From Octopus bimaculoides (taxonomy: Eukaryota): 64,000 nucleotides of DNA. The stretch's first letter is position 1; the number at the start of each line of letters is the position of its first letter. The notes beneath the pieces were generated by a model. It saw only the letters and a program-made list of their open reading frames with translations, did not search any database and was not told where the DNA came from. Positions 13,161 through 25,790 of the stretch are shown in pieces. The stretch is from NCBI RefSeq assembly GCF_001194135.2, contig NC_068989.1, positions 93,967,345 through 94,031,344 on the forward strand, written 5' to 3'. The position numbers and the translations under genes are program-made.

Positions 13161-13916
13161 AAAAAGAGAATAGACCAACGAAATAGGTGTATCTACGTAC
13201 GTCTGTATTACAAGTGTTTCAGCTTTAACATCTGGCAAAGAAGCATATATATTTTAGCCGGTCAGGAAAGCTATTTTAAAGAGAACGAAATGATAGAATC
13301 AGTATTATGATAATGTTCCAATTAGCCAGATGCAGTAGTTAGGAATAACGATCTGGCGGTCATGGTTACCGATTCATAGGCCGGAACTCGCGTGATTATT
13401 AAGTTCAAGATGATTCTTAAATTATTTCATAGTCTTAATTTTAGCGCTACCTTTTTTTCTTGTTCTCAAAATGTTGGTATTCTACGAGGACATTTAAATT
13501 GCGTTTTGGTTAAATATTATTATTTCGTATTGAATCGTTAATTACCAATAACCATGAGAGGTTTTAATTAATTCTGAAGTTTTGAAATTCGTTTTGGCCC
13601 CTTCTTCTCTTGGGTAAAACTCTCTCAACTTCTATTCTCATGATATTATTTTTCTTCCTCTCACCGACTTTCCTCTTATTATTACAAATTCATTTTTAAT
13701 CATTCTTAATTTTGTACAATGTTATGCACGCGATTGGAAAATGGTAATTTGAGACCGTTTTGCACACCCACATACACATCACACTCAATCAACACTCACG
13801 CACACAAACACATACACATAAATACATACATACATATGTGTGTGTTTGTGTTACTAAGACATACAACATATAATGGAATTTCGTGTAGTAAAACGGCTTC
13901 CTGAAACGTATTATTT

Positions 13917-14090
13917 AGGCGTAGGCATGGGTGCATGGACATGACGTTCAGTTTTCAACCACGTCGTTTGGGGTCAGTCCTACTACGCGGCACCTTGGTC
14001 ACGTGTCTGCTATTAAAGCGCCGGGTTGATAAATACATTGAGAGTGAATATGGTTGGCTGACGGAAACTGTGTGGACGCACGTTCTATGT
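13917..14090 (+). mobile_element. tRNA-derived SINE, family B (diverged)
   Basis: AGGCGTAGGCATGG head, GGGTCAGTCC B-box region and GACGGAAACTG end. Confidence 0.65.
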
Positions 14091-14105
14091 ACATACATAA
14101 TGGAG

Positions 14106-14358
14106 AAAGCGCGTGGCTTAGTAGTTAGGATATCTGGCTCACGATCGTAAAGTCGTGAGTTCAATTCCTGGCGACACCTTGTGTCCTTGCGCAAGACGCT
14201 TTATTTCAGATGGCAAAAATGAGTTGTACCTATATTTTTAAGGCCTAGCCTTGTCAGACTCTGTGTGATGCTGAATCTCCCTGACAAGTACCTAAAAAGT
14301 ACACGTGCTTGTGAAATGTTCAGCTACTTACGTTAATTTGATGAGCAGGCTGTTCTGT
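14106..14358 (+). mobile_element. tRNA-derived SINE, long family
   Basis: A box TGGCTTAGTAGTTAGG and B box GAGTTCAATTCC. The 3' body is shared with the 61841-62192 copy. Confidence 0.8.
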
Positions 14359-16662
14359 AACCTATGGAGTACGTATATATGCGTGTGTGTATGTGTGTAA
14401 AAATAGAATTGAATAGAAAAATGCCAGGAATTTCTGTGTACACTAACCTTTAACTTTCTCTTTTTTCTACATTATGTTTTATTCTTTATTTTCTCCTCTA
14501 ACTGTTTATGGGAACCCTGGTAACTATGAATAAAAGTTTCCTACAAAGGTAACTCTGGTATTATTTGATTCTCTGTCTGAAGAATTTCTCTTCCACGTAC
14601 AATTTTGCGACCTCTTCCATGAAACAAGAGTAATGGTCGAATAAGTAATTAATGCCAATCTCCTATTTTGATACACACACACACAATCATAATGACCGAT
14701 ACAACTAAAGGATAAGAGAAAAAATATGAGGTAAACCATATATCAATCCGCTTTAAATTGCAGTGTAATGTGTTCATATAGAAATCTGTCTTCATATTCA
14801 TCGTTTTCATTAAATGAAATTTAATATTTCTTTTATATCTCATGCTTTAAATGCAAAAATAAACTTGTAATTGTAATCTAAAATAGAGAGAAACTATTTC
14901 TCCCAAAACAAATTTTACAACTTGTCGACAGGGAGATATGCTAAACGTCAGATAGAGAGAAAAAATGAGAGCGAACGGGAAGAAAGAATGAAAGAAAAAC
15001 AGAGTGGGAGAGATAGATAAATCGCTTTGCCAATAAACCCAAGCGAACTTAATAGTTCCAGAAATTAAACATTTAACTTCTTATCTAAAATATTCCTAAC
15101 TCGTTAATACAAGGAATAATTTGAAATTTTATTTAAATCGTTACTTGCCACGCCACATATACTTAAACATTGACCTCGCATTATTGGATAAAATATGATG
15201 TTTATAATCCTTTTAAATGAATTTTATGTTTTAACTCTATAAATGCATCGCTTTATGTTTTTGCTTTCGTGCAACGATACAAATTTATTTTATTACGGTA
15301 AAACAACGCTTTCAAATTAAACTGCATTTGCACCTGATATCATTTACTTCAGTTTTAATACTATAACAGAATTGTGAAAATAAAAATTAATGGAGAAATA
15401 AATGTCATTAATTTCTAGAAGCACGTTGACGGATATTTCGAGCGAATAAATATCTGAAAAAAGTTGTTCAAATCTAACGAGTACAATGCTATTGAAGTAT
15501 GTTCAAACCCGTTTCAATGTTCGGTGGACGATTAATTAAAAATTCCAAGGACATTGCATACATTCATGATATAGTGTTGTTCACATTAAACTTGGTGGCT
15601 TAAAGTCAAATGATCACTCATTATGAAAGTTAATTAAACAACCAACATAAGAACAAAAGGCGCACTAAAAGAATGCATATATCTTTCTGTACATACATGC
15701 GAAAACGTAGAGTCACAAATAAAAGCCAGCACACGCACTGCTTTTTGCTTTCGTTTATATAAACGACTGCACAAAAGCGACGGAGTTAAAACTGTGATGG
15801 AAAGATTCACCGATATATAACTGACTGTAATGTATACATCCTTTATATAAATATATATATATAGATAGATGATTAGATGTTGTGTTAACCTCATGAATGA
15901 ATAGTTTCATCCAAGGAAATACTGGTTGAATACTAAATATTTTGGGGGTATTAATTTCCTTAAAATAATAAGTATATACATATAAAAACATGGCTTATAT
16001 TTATAGAAAAGAAGAAAAAGAAAATGGTGATCGGGAAGTTAATATTTGTTTATTAACTCAATCATCATCACTTACAGATGTTTCAGTTAATACTCAGTGA
16101 ATCTAATTAAATATTAAATTCATATGACCTGACCATAATATCTTCAGAGTGGAAAAAATATACCCTTGAATATTTTATATGTTTATAGCAGAATGAATGA
16201 TACTGTTTATAGTTTGTATTTTTATATGTTCGGGAGAAGGGTTTGCAGGTTGACTTGGACATAAGATAGAGTAGGTAAATAGAATTAGAGTGATGAAAGA
16301 ATAAATTAAATAAAGGTGATAGAGGAAATTTAAATAGAAATAAGGTAAGAATGGAATATTCGCTTATAAGGTATTAAATAAAGTTAAGAAAATTGGTATA
16401 TATGAAGGTACACACATGCATATATGCATCTGTACGTCTATATAGATACACAGAGAGACACACATATACTTACAAATATATATACATCGACAAGATCATA
16501 TCGGCGCATATACGCATATATTCACGCACATATATGCGTAAACACACTCACACACACACACGTCTGTGTGAGTGTGTGTGTGTATATATATATATAATTG
16601 TTAAAGAGGACAACAAACGTTAAGGCAAAGCAAACACCTCAAGTGACATTAATGGAAATAAT

Positions 16663-16724
16663 TCTGTCTTACCGCTGTTTCTCGGATATACCAGAGTATG
16701 GAATATTCCGTCATCAGAGACAAA
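16663..16724 (-). ncRNA. Minimal type I hammerhead ribozyme-like motif
   Basis: TTTGTCT-CTGATGA-CGGAATAT..ATATCCG-A-GAAAC-AGCG-GTA-AGACAGA. Stem I has 7 bp (one G.U), and there is one extra A before GAAA. Confidence 0.65.
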
Positions 16725-16839
16725 TAGGGAAAAGGAGAAGGGTATAGATTAATAAGGACAGGGTATAGATTAATAGAGGACAAGAGTAAAGGAATAAGGA
16801 GATGAAGAGAGAAGAAGACAGTTTCGCCCACCTAGCACC

Positions 16840-18200
16840 CGCACGCATAACATTTGATCTAAGAACACTAATACTAAACATTCCGACACTCCTCTAACAT
16901 TCACTTAGTATTACACCTCCCCAAACTTGCCTAATAACAGTGGCGGGAGATCTATTCTCTTGTATACACCTCTATTCGCTTTAAAGGTTAAGGGCCACGC
17001 TAAAGCATTCTTCAAAATATTCTAATTTCCCACGGAACCACAAGTGTTATTCCGTCTTTAACAGATCCACTTTCAAATTATCCTATTCCTCTACACCAAA
17101 TATAGAATCTATAATCATCTCATCTAACAAACGTAAACTTAGCCATTACTATCTAAATGCATAGAACCCTACCATAGAAAACACTAACACCGATCGTAAT
17201 AATATATCTAATGCCCGACAACTTCAAACAGCTTATAATTACATCGAAGGTTAATGAGTGCACAGCTGAAACCGGCGCAAACACTAATAGGCACACTGAT
17301 ACTAACAACACTAACTATATTACAACTAATAATACCAATACTACAACTACTAATAGGACTAGTAAAAGTATTAGTACTAGCATAGCACCAACTGTAATAT
17401 TACTATTATTGAAAATAATACTACTACTAACACTCCTACCACAATCGCTACTACTAATAGTTGCAATAATAGCATCACTAATACCACCTCCACTACCACT
17501 GCTAATACTAACTCTATTGATGCCGATGATGCTACTATTTCAGCTGCAACAACAACAACAACTAATAATAATACTAATTATAATTATAACAGCGATGCCG
17601 ATAACGGTAATGAGGATAATAATAATAATAATAATAATAATGGTAACGCTGGCGTTGATATTGATTCTAGAAATGACGGCAATAATAACAGAGATATCAC
17701 GAACCACTCACCTAGTACTACCCTAGCCACTACCAGCCCTACCTCATCTTTCTCCTTGATTAACCATCGTAGAACTGATAGCTGCAGATCCGGGACAGAC
17801 TGCTCGCTTCAAGCCCATTGCAGAAGATTCACCGTCGTATACCAATGCACCGTTCAGAACATAGTATATAACTCCTATGGCTACTACACTGCATCTACTA
17901 CAATTTTAAACAAAGATATTACGCACATTTAAACTCGTTTAAATATAAAGAGAATAGCAATTTCACATCGCTAGCCAGCCATGTACACCATCTAATCAAT
18001 AGCAAATACAATATGAACTTTCCTGGGCTATAACAGACTCGTATCAGTATCAACACTCCATTTGTGGACTCTGCTTAAAAGAAGCCCTCAAAATTTCAAC
18101 CCACAACTCACCACTATTTTCTTAACACAACGAAGCATTCACTACGTGTAAGCACAAATTCTTCCACCCTTTTAAATTCTTTTATAAATCTAAACGTAAG
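16840..18200 (+). mobile_element. 5'-truncated Penelope-like element (post-RT region, N/T-rich linker, GIY-YIG endonuclease)
   Basis: Motifs FPRNHKCYSVFNRSTFKLSYSSTPNIESII, CRSGTDCSLQAHC..VVYQCTV, FKQRYYAHLNSF and ICGLCLKE..CKHK. Frameshifts are present. Confidence 0.85.
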
Positions 18201-19255
18201 TTCAACCGTCACAAATAACACCCACATGCAAACCACCATGACCATATACACATACCCCTCTCTATCTCTTCTATCTCTCCTTTATATTTATATCTCTTCT
18301 ATCTACCTTATATCTCTTCTTTTTACTTCATCACTTGATAAGATAATTATTCTTTTTATTTTAAACCTTAACTTAATAAATCTCATAATATTTAATTCTA
18401 ACTCCTACCCCTAAATAATTTAATATTCAACTAGTTCCTCCAACTGATGCAATGTTTTTTTCTTTTTTTTATACGTGATTGGGCATAAAATCCCGATTGA
18501 ATAAGGAATTTTAAAATAAGTACGAGGATCGATTTGTTTTACAAAATCCTTCAAGAGAACTCCCAGCATACTTGAGGTTCAATGACCGAAACAGTAAAAC
18601 TAAAAGACAAAATATATACACCCAAACATGAGCGTGTGTATGTGTGTGCGCAACTTATTTATAGGAAACACGCAATTATTGAAGAGAAATTCAGTAAAGC
18701 GAATTCAAATGAAATGTTTTTGATACTTCTGCCACTCAATTAAAACAGGCAACATCTCTAAATATCGCCTTCTGAAATACAACGAGCAAATGATTGATTT
18801 CTTCCGAAAGTTCAACCAATATGCTAGTTTTAAAAGTTCGACATAAATGAACCAAAAATACGTAATTTTCACGTAAAACGCTGTGTAGAAATGTTTTAAT
18901 ATTGCTTTTACCTGAATTAATATTTACAGCAGCTGAGTGGCTTATGTTGTAAACACAATCATGGCAAATTGTGAATAACAGAAGACGATATGTCTGTTTG
19001 TTGAATGGATGGTGAAGCGAACAAGAGAGATGGACCTGAAATGATACAACGTTTCATGGTGACTGTCTTTCTTATCCAATCATTTGAAGCCGTGTTTTCA
19101 CTGTTTTGCTATAAAAAGAAATTTCGTACTAAAAGAAATCACAATGTTTTTCACATGTTTGATATCAAGACATACTTTCAGCGTCAGAGGTAAAATGGGA
19201 ATGAGAGACAAAAACAATTTGGAAACCAAAACGAACAGTGATTATATAGTATAAA

Positions 19256-19312
<57 letters not shown>

Positions 19313-19728
19313 TTATATATACATACTCAAAATTAAATAATATTTGTTGCAAAGATTGATAAGAAAAAGATCAGGCTCATAAATAGCAATCTCAATAAAT
19401 ACTAAATGTTCTAACACATAGGTGCGCCAAGCGAGTACAAAACGTGAGATGAAGATTTCTCTATGTTGATAATATCTATTTACGTCTATAATTGTTAGAA
19501 TCCTCAACCAGATAATAGTAACTAGTTCATCACACGTCGTTCATTGCTTAGGAGTAAGAGAATAGAATATATAACGCGCTATTATTCTCGACATCAACAA
19601 CTCATCTTAATTTATTTGAATATTATCCATTTTATGAATGGGCTTAAATATTGGCATTGAGTCAATCATTATTCTATATGTGAGTGTGATTGTGTGCGTG
19701 TATATATTTGTGTACGTGTGGTGTGTAC

Positions 19729-19768
<40 letters not shown>

Positions 19769-19894
19769 NNNNNNNNNNNNNNNNNNNNNNNNNNNNNNNN
19801 NNNNNNNNNNNNNNNNNNNNNNNNNNNNNNNNNNNNNNNNNNNNNNNNNNNNNNNNNNNNNNNNNNNNNNNNNNNNNNNNNNNNNNNNNNNNNN

Positions 19895-19907
19895 GCTCTT
19901 CCGATCT
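19895..19907 (+). other. Illumina adapter remnant GCTCTTCCGATCT at a gap edge
   Basis: Exact 13-mer of the TruSeq adapter 3' end, directly after the N run 19769-19894. Confidence 0.85.
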
Positions 19908-20542
19908 TATATATATATCCAAGGAAAACCTCAGGCGTGTAAATTACATATATATATATCCTTCCGTAGATTAGGCATGAATAGCTTAGGAATGCGTTTC
20001 TGATGTTGAGAGATGCTCATTAAGCGTTGACTAATATAATTCAAGAGTAAAAGCAAAATACTCATTTAGTATGCAGTGCTTCTACTTAATATATTCAGTT
20101 CATTGAATTACCCCATGGGAAATACGTGAAACTAGACAGACGCCAAAGACGACGATTGACAATACTTTAAATGGAAACAATGATACCGTGACAACAGGCT
20201 ACAAAATATTTTCATCTCAACAGAGTATTTTCAGCATATTAATCTCATAATCTGCCTCGGGAATCTAAGCTCAGCTGTTAATAATTACTAATTTGAAAGA
20301 TGTATATACATATATACCAATTACACGCCCTTCCCCTCCATTGATCAGTTGAAGTTTCGACAGTGTCATGTGACAAGTAGCTGGCGCTGGCTGCTGAAAT
20401 GAGGTATGATGGTCAGTCGCCCGCTGACACTCGTTGACGCTGCATCGAAGAGATCAGGGAACAGAAGAAAGAAGAAATGCACTCAACACCGGAGCTGACG
20501 ACACCTCCGAAGGGGCAGATGTCACATCGAAAACGGACGCGC

Positions 20543-20620
20543 TTCCTCCTGATGATGTCTTTAGCCACTGGATCCTATAAAGGAGCTGTTGAGGTATCAA
20601 ACCACGAAACGTCGTTGGAA
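20543..20620 (+). ncRNA. Decayed hammerhead-like motif (PLE type)
   Basis: CTGATGA-T-GTC...CAC-GAAACGTC with ACGT palindromic stem III. Stem I (TTCC/GGAA) is interrupted. Confidence 0.45.
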
Positions 20621-23352
20621 TTCCCCAATTCCTCTAATTTGCAATGAAATCTACTAAACGTGTTCCAAATACCGAAATTTAGCAACAGTAAAATTAGATA
20701 ATGGATCAACCTGATTAGATGTACATTGAAATATATCTCAATTAAACTCCTAAAGATTTAATTAAAATGCAGTCATACATATCTACGCATGTCTGCATCC
20801 GAGGTTAACTCATATTCCAAAAAAATGGGTTCGAGTCTTGGTCCAATTATTATTATTGTTATTGTTATCTCTTTTTCTTGCAGGTAACGTTAATTTTGTA
20901 CTGAAGGTTTTTATAATCGTTCCAGTCTCACCGAGAAGTAATTTCAGATTTGTGTCGTCTTTCGTTTTTTCATAATCTGTGAAGTGTTACCCAGTTATCC
21001 AACAATAATGCATATTTCAACTAGTAAACGTCAAATCTAACGAAGCGTGCATATATGACGAAAATAAAACTTAATGTAACGTGAATCTCTCAAAGAATCA
21101 TGTGATAGTTTCACTAAGAAACTCACAATTAATAGCTTAGTTTCGTGATAGAATCAACGGATAACAATGTCACTTTATTCTTCCTTCATAACAATTCTGA
21201 GGACCAGAACACATTTGAAATTGGTGCGTTGCCTCGGGAACAGGAAGTTTCACATTTTGTAAGGATTTTAATATAAATATATTTCAAGCATGCACACGCA
21301 TACGCAGACTGCACACACATTTTTACATTTACACATCAGCGATTTGTGTGAATCTGTATTTTGAATAAACTATCTTAATGCTCAATATGCAAAGTGTGGG
21401 TTAAATTGAATTGAACATATAATTCCTTTCAGTTTGAAACGATTTTTTTCAATAAGGGATTTGTGTTGTTATATGAAAGTAGATAGATATAATAGTTAGC
21501 CGCAGGAAAGATTTTGCTGTGCAGTTCTTATAATAGACGTTTAACAATTCATTTAAGTATTCCATTTTCTGTTCTTGCCTCTACAACTATGTTATGAAAG
21601 TGCTACCATTACGTAATCAGGAAATAAATGCTTGTATTAGAATGAAATGAAATTAGTTAATGATGGGTGAAGCAATGGTAGTGAAATTAAGAGTTTCGCT
21701 TCACAACTGAGGGCTCCATATTCAATCGTTTTGCCGCCTATGACTCGTAAGAGGGGGTAGGAACTCAGAGATGATGCAGGTCTAATGTAATGCACTTTTT
21801 ATCGGGTGGTAGAATTAATGCGTCTTCCTATTTAACAATAGTAGATTTTGTTTACCTTTTACTGGGATACTTGTCCTCCTATCGATTCATACCAGGTTAC
21901 CAACCTGGAATGATAGCACGAATAGCTAACTGAAGACACAAGTGCCGGAATATGAAAATCAAAGCATTTTATTACGACGCACTAATGGGTTTATGATATC
22001 TTCCAAGAGCTTTGCTAAATATACAACCGAATTACTTTCACTTGATACTTTACACCTGAAGCTCACTACTCAGTCATCTACCAGGTTTAATCAATCTTTA
22101 TGGTATGCCATCTCCTAATTTTACACATATTTATTCTTTATGATATGTCTAGGTTGTTAGTAAGGAGCTGTAGATATTCTTTCACGTTTGGCACTGTTCG
22201 ATATTGTCTTTAGTCAGACATGGCACTTGGAGTTGTCTTATTAATATTTCTAGTTATTTCTTTCGTATTCTTGCATTTTGAGATTAGCAATACTTTTACC
22301 CCGTTATTTCCTTCATCCAATAGGGTTTTCTTGTGTTTTCGTGCATTTGCGCATTGATTTATGTAATTTAAATATTTTTGAGCTGGTTTTAACAAACTGA
22401 TCATATTTTATTCTATTTGTTTATTTTCACTGCTTCCACTTTGTTTGAATTGTTGCCTTTTCAGGGAATCACATCCTTGAGTAAGGACGTGATTAAATCC
22501 ACTCAAATATACCTAAGCTGGAACTCACTATATCTAACGCGCTACCAATTATACTCTACACCTGGTATTAATTCAATATTTTATTTCAGTTCACATAATT
22601 TTCAGTGGATGATATGAACTCAAGATATTTGAACATATAGTCATGATAGCGGTGCACACATCTTTTCCTTGTGGAGAATAAGACATTGTCAGTATTTAAA
22701 CTAGAATAAATTGGAAAAATAATCACTATTCCTATCTTTGAGAAGCGCGATGCATATTCTCCTCAAAATCTACCTCAGTAATATCGTGATGGATGAAACA
22801 GACTTATTTTTTGCATTCTTAACCAAATTGTAACTGCCCAATGATTCTATCTCTCCCTTTCTTTGAAAATATTCATGCATACATTTCAGCTCTTATCAAC
22901 TTATTCTCTTAAAGTTCCTTCTGGAATAAATTATGATCCACTTATCCTGCTTAGATATCCCAGTCTTTTTACAGATTTTTAGTAACGGATTCATGCGATT
23001 TCTTGCATCCACACCACACTTCGCAATGAAACGAAGGCATAGACCCACAATACTATCTCAACAACTAACATCGAACTGACAAAATCCTTTTATCTGCCAC
23101 TCGACATATACTCATATTTAAACGACATTTCATATCCTCAACCCATGGAAGTATTCGGTCTATTGCTCTAATGAATCTGTCATTCCTCGTCTGGGGTCAT
23201 AATGTAGCTACTCGTCCGACAATATCGGTTCGAGAATTTCAATGGTTTCTTGGAGAAGATGCAAAGTTTATGTGGATACAAATGGTTGAACTCAATAGGC
23301 AACAAGCACAGACATATATGCACGCACGCACAGATATCTAAATTGATTGATT

Positions 23353-23395
<43 letters not shown>

Positions 23396-24875
23396 CAGTA
23401 GACAGATAGATATGTTTCTTCATTGGCCACACAGTGGGGACAAAATACAAAGTAGAGCTTTTCTTTTCGGGAAGAAGAGAAAAGAGAAAAAGAAAGTGGG
23501 TCGAATTTCGATGAAAAAGGATCGTGGAAAAAAAACGAATAATAGGGATCGTGTATTAGATAGATAGATAAGCAGACAGATAGATACATACATGCATACA
23601 TACATACCTGCATGCATGCATACATACATGCATATATACATACATAGTTGTATGCAACATGCATACATACATAGTTGTATGCATGCCTTGCATATGTACA
23701 TGTGTGCGAGTGCTTGTGTACGTATATATACCGCTGTGTATACACCTACTGATGTTTACGTTGGTTATATTCCGAGGACAAAGTTTTGGTTGATTGTGGG
23801 ATACATTATTCGTACTGGAATACATTAGCGGATAGCTGGACTTTGGTCAACAGCAGGAGCTCCCACCCTTGACTTTATAAATAAAGAAGTCGATATTTCT
23901 GCGTAATTGTATTAAATTCTGGGCCACGTCGGTAAGAACTGATCCTCTTAAGCGCATGTTAGTAGTCATGCAATATACCCCCTCCCCCGTCTATCAGTTA
24001 TCCATAATTTTCTCTAGTAACCGGAAGGTGTATGTAGTCTTCTTTTAAGTTTATTTATGAAGATGCTTTGATTCGTGATTGAAATCCTGATTTTTTTCTA
24101 AATTTTGCACTCATTGTTACATGTAAAATATTTTCCCCACCTATCGGACTCCCTTGCACATGTTTGCTAATATTCGTTTTTGCTCATTCTCTAGTTCATT
24201 ATTGTACCGGTTTGATTTTACTTCTGAATTATATACTTGCCGGTTAATGCGTCTCATTTCAATTCTCCGTCTTTATATATTTCCTTTTATTTTCCACGGT
24301 TTCGGGCTTTTTTCAACATCTTCCTATGAATCTCATATTCTTCCTATATTTCCAAATATATCTCTCAGTCCAGCTATCTGTTTTCCATTATCTTTGATTC
24401 TCTCTTAATCAATCTTTTTAATTCCACCACTACTTAGAAAGCTTATTTCATTTTGTTCCTGCAGTTTGACTACTTGCAGCTAATCTCATTTCTCAGCATC
24501 CAACCTGATACTAATTTGCAATGCAGTTTTTGGAAGGGCAGTTGTTAGAAATATACAAATCATAAGAAATGATAGATGCAAAGCTACCTGTGTTTCCAAA
24601 AGTTTGTTGAAGTTGGAAAATACTATCAAAACATTTTGCAAATCAAAGATGTTTTCAAGACCCCTAAGGCACATATTTTTGCTTTTCTTACACTGTAGGA
24701 TCATATTTTGGAAATGAGATAAGATATTGTTTTAAAATTTAAACAAATATTGCAAAAAGTAAAGTAAGCGAATATGCGTTTCGCCTTCTCGGGCGGTTTA
24801 CTAAGTGGTAAGTTAGAATGAAAGTAATGGACATAGGTTTAAATGACCAGCCGAGTCAATTTAATATTTTAGAGC

Positions 24876-24910
<35 letters not shown>

Positions 24911-24913
24911 CAT

Positions 24914-24961
<48 letters not shown>

Positions 24962-25251
24962 CTTTTTTTACATGTATATCTATTGAATATCTTCAGGATA
25001 ATAATCTCATAACATGCATTTCAAAGCTCCTTTTATGGGTATCAGCTACCGTATGTCATCATACAGCTGGATTACTCCTTTTACTGGACATGCATGTGGA
25101 ACTCCTGTAATGTGTACACAGCTTACAAAATTTTCGGGACAAGAAGCTAGAACGAACAGGCTTTAATTACAGACCACATCAATTGTTTCTAACAGTTGTT
25201 AGTTGCTGATTTTTGCATATATTACATTAAAAAATATTTCTTAAATAGGCG

Positions 25252-25417
25252 AAGTTGCTAGTTCTGAAATCTCTACAAGTGATGTTAGTAGTAATTCTAC
25301 TACAAAAAGTCTAGTAAGAGTTCGATGCAGAAAAAACACCTTAAGGTGGTAACAACTATTACTGTTCAGTAGAGTTACTACATACATCTCTTATAGAGAT
25401 TTTACAGCTAGCAACTT
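25252..25417. repeat. Decayed foldback, ~50-bp imperfect inverted arms
   Basis: 25252-25301 pairs with 25368-25417 (about 43 of 51 positions by eye). Confidence 0.6.
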
Positions 25418-25461
25418 TGGTTGTTCAAAATCAGTAGCTGTTTGTCATTTATTTATTTATA

Positions 25462-25693
25462 CAGGATGTTCAAAAAGTCTCTCCGTAGTGAATGTTTTCA
25501 TCCTGCGCATCACCATGACGCTTCTTTAAAAAAAATTCGGTGAACGGATTATTGCGAAAAGACTCTCGTCACCAAGAGAACCTGATTTAACACCACCATT
25601 TTTTTTTTCTGGGGAGCAAGTAAAGGACCAGTGTACAAGAACTGCCCGAAAATCATTAAATACTTACTGCGGATGGACTTTCTGAACTCTATA
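25462..25693 (+). mobile_element. Internally deleted Tc1/mariner derivative (232 bp)
   Basis: Imperfect 28-bp TIRs (GTTCA.AAAGTC..TCCG.AGT) and TA flanks. Retains SPREPDLTPP-FFFWG..K..VY (a WPPRSPDL-like motif). Confidence 0.7.
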
Positions 25694-25741
25694 TATACTG
25701 CGAACTGGGGCGAACGACTACCATTTCTAGCAGACAGGTGT

Positions 25742-25790
25742 ACCAGTAATGAGGAAGGGTGAGACCCTAAAACTCGGCTGGTCTACTGGT
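25742..25790 (+). ncRNA. Decayed type I hammerhead-like motif
   Basis: ACCAGTA-ATGAGGA-AGGGT(GAG)ACCCT-AAAAC-TCGGCTG-GTC-TACTGGT. Perfect 7-bp stem I and 5-bp stem II, with core changes C3>A and G12>A. Confidence 0.55.

Noticed and set aside
15745-15770. 16-bp palindrome TCGTTTATATAAACGA and a GPCR-like KRKQKAVRVL ORF
   Set aside because: An AT-rich palindrome is expected by chance, and the ORF lacks transmembrane context and clear splice sites.
17211-17726. 171-aa ORF with a hydrophobic LLLII stretch that looks like a membrane protein
   Set aside because: It is an off-frame reading of the PLE trinucleotide linker.
21800-23260. Fragments resembling LINE or Gypsy proteins on the minus strand
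   Set aside because: Motifs are weak, out of the expected order and full of stops.
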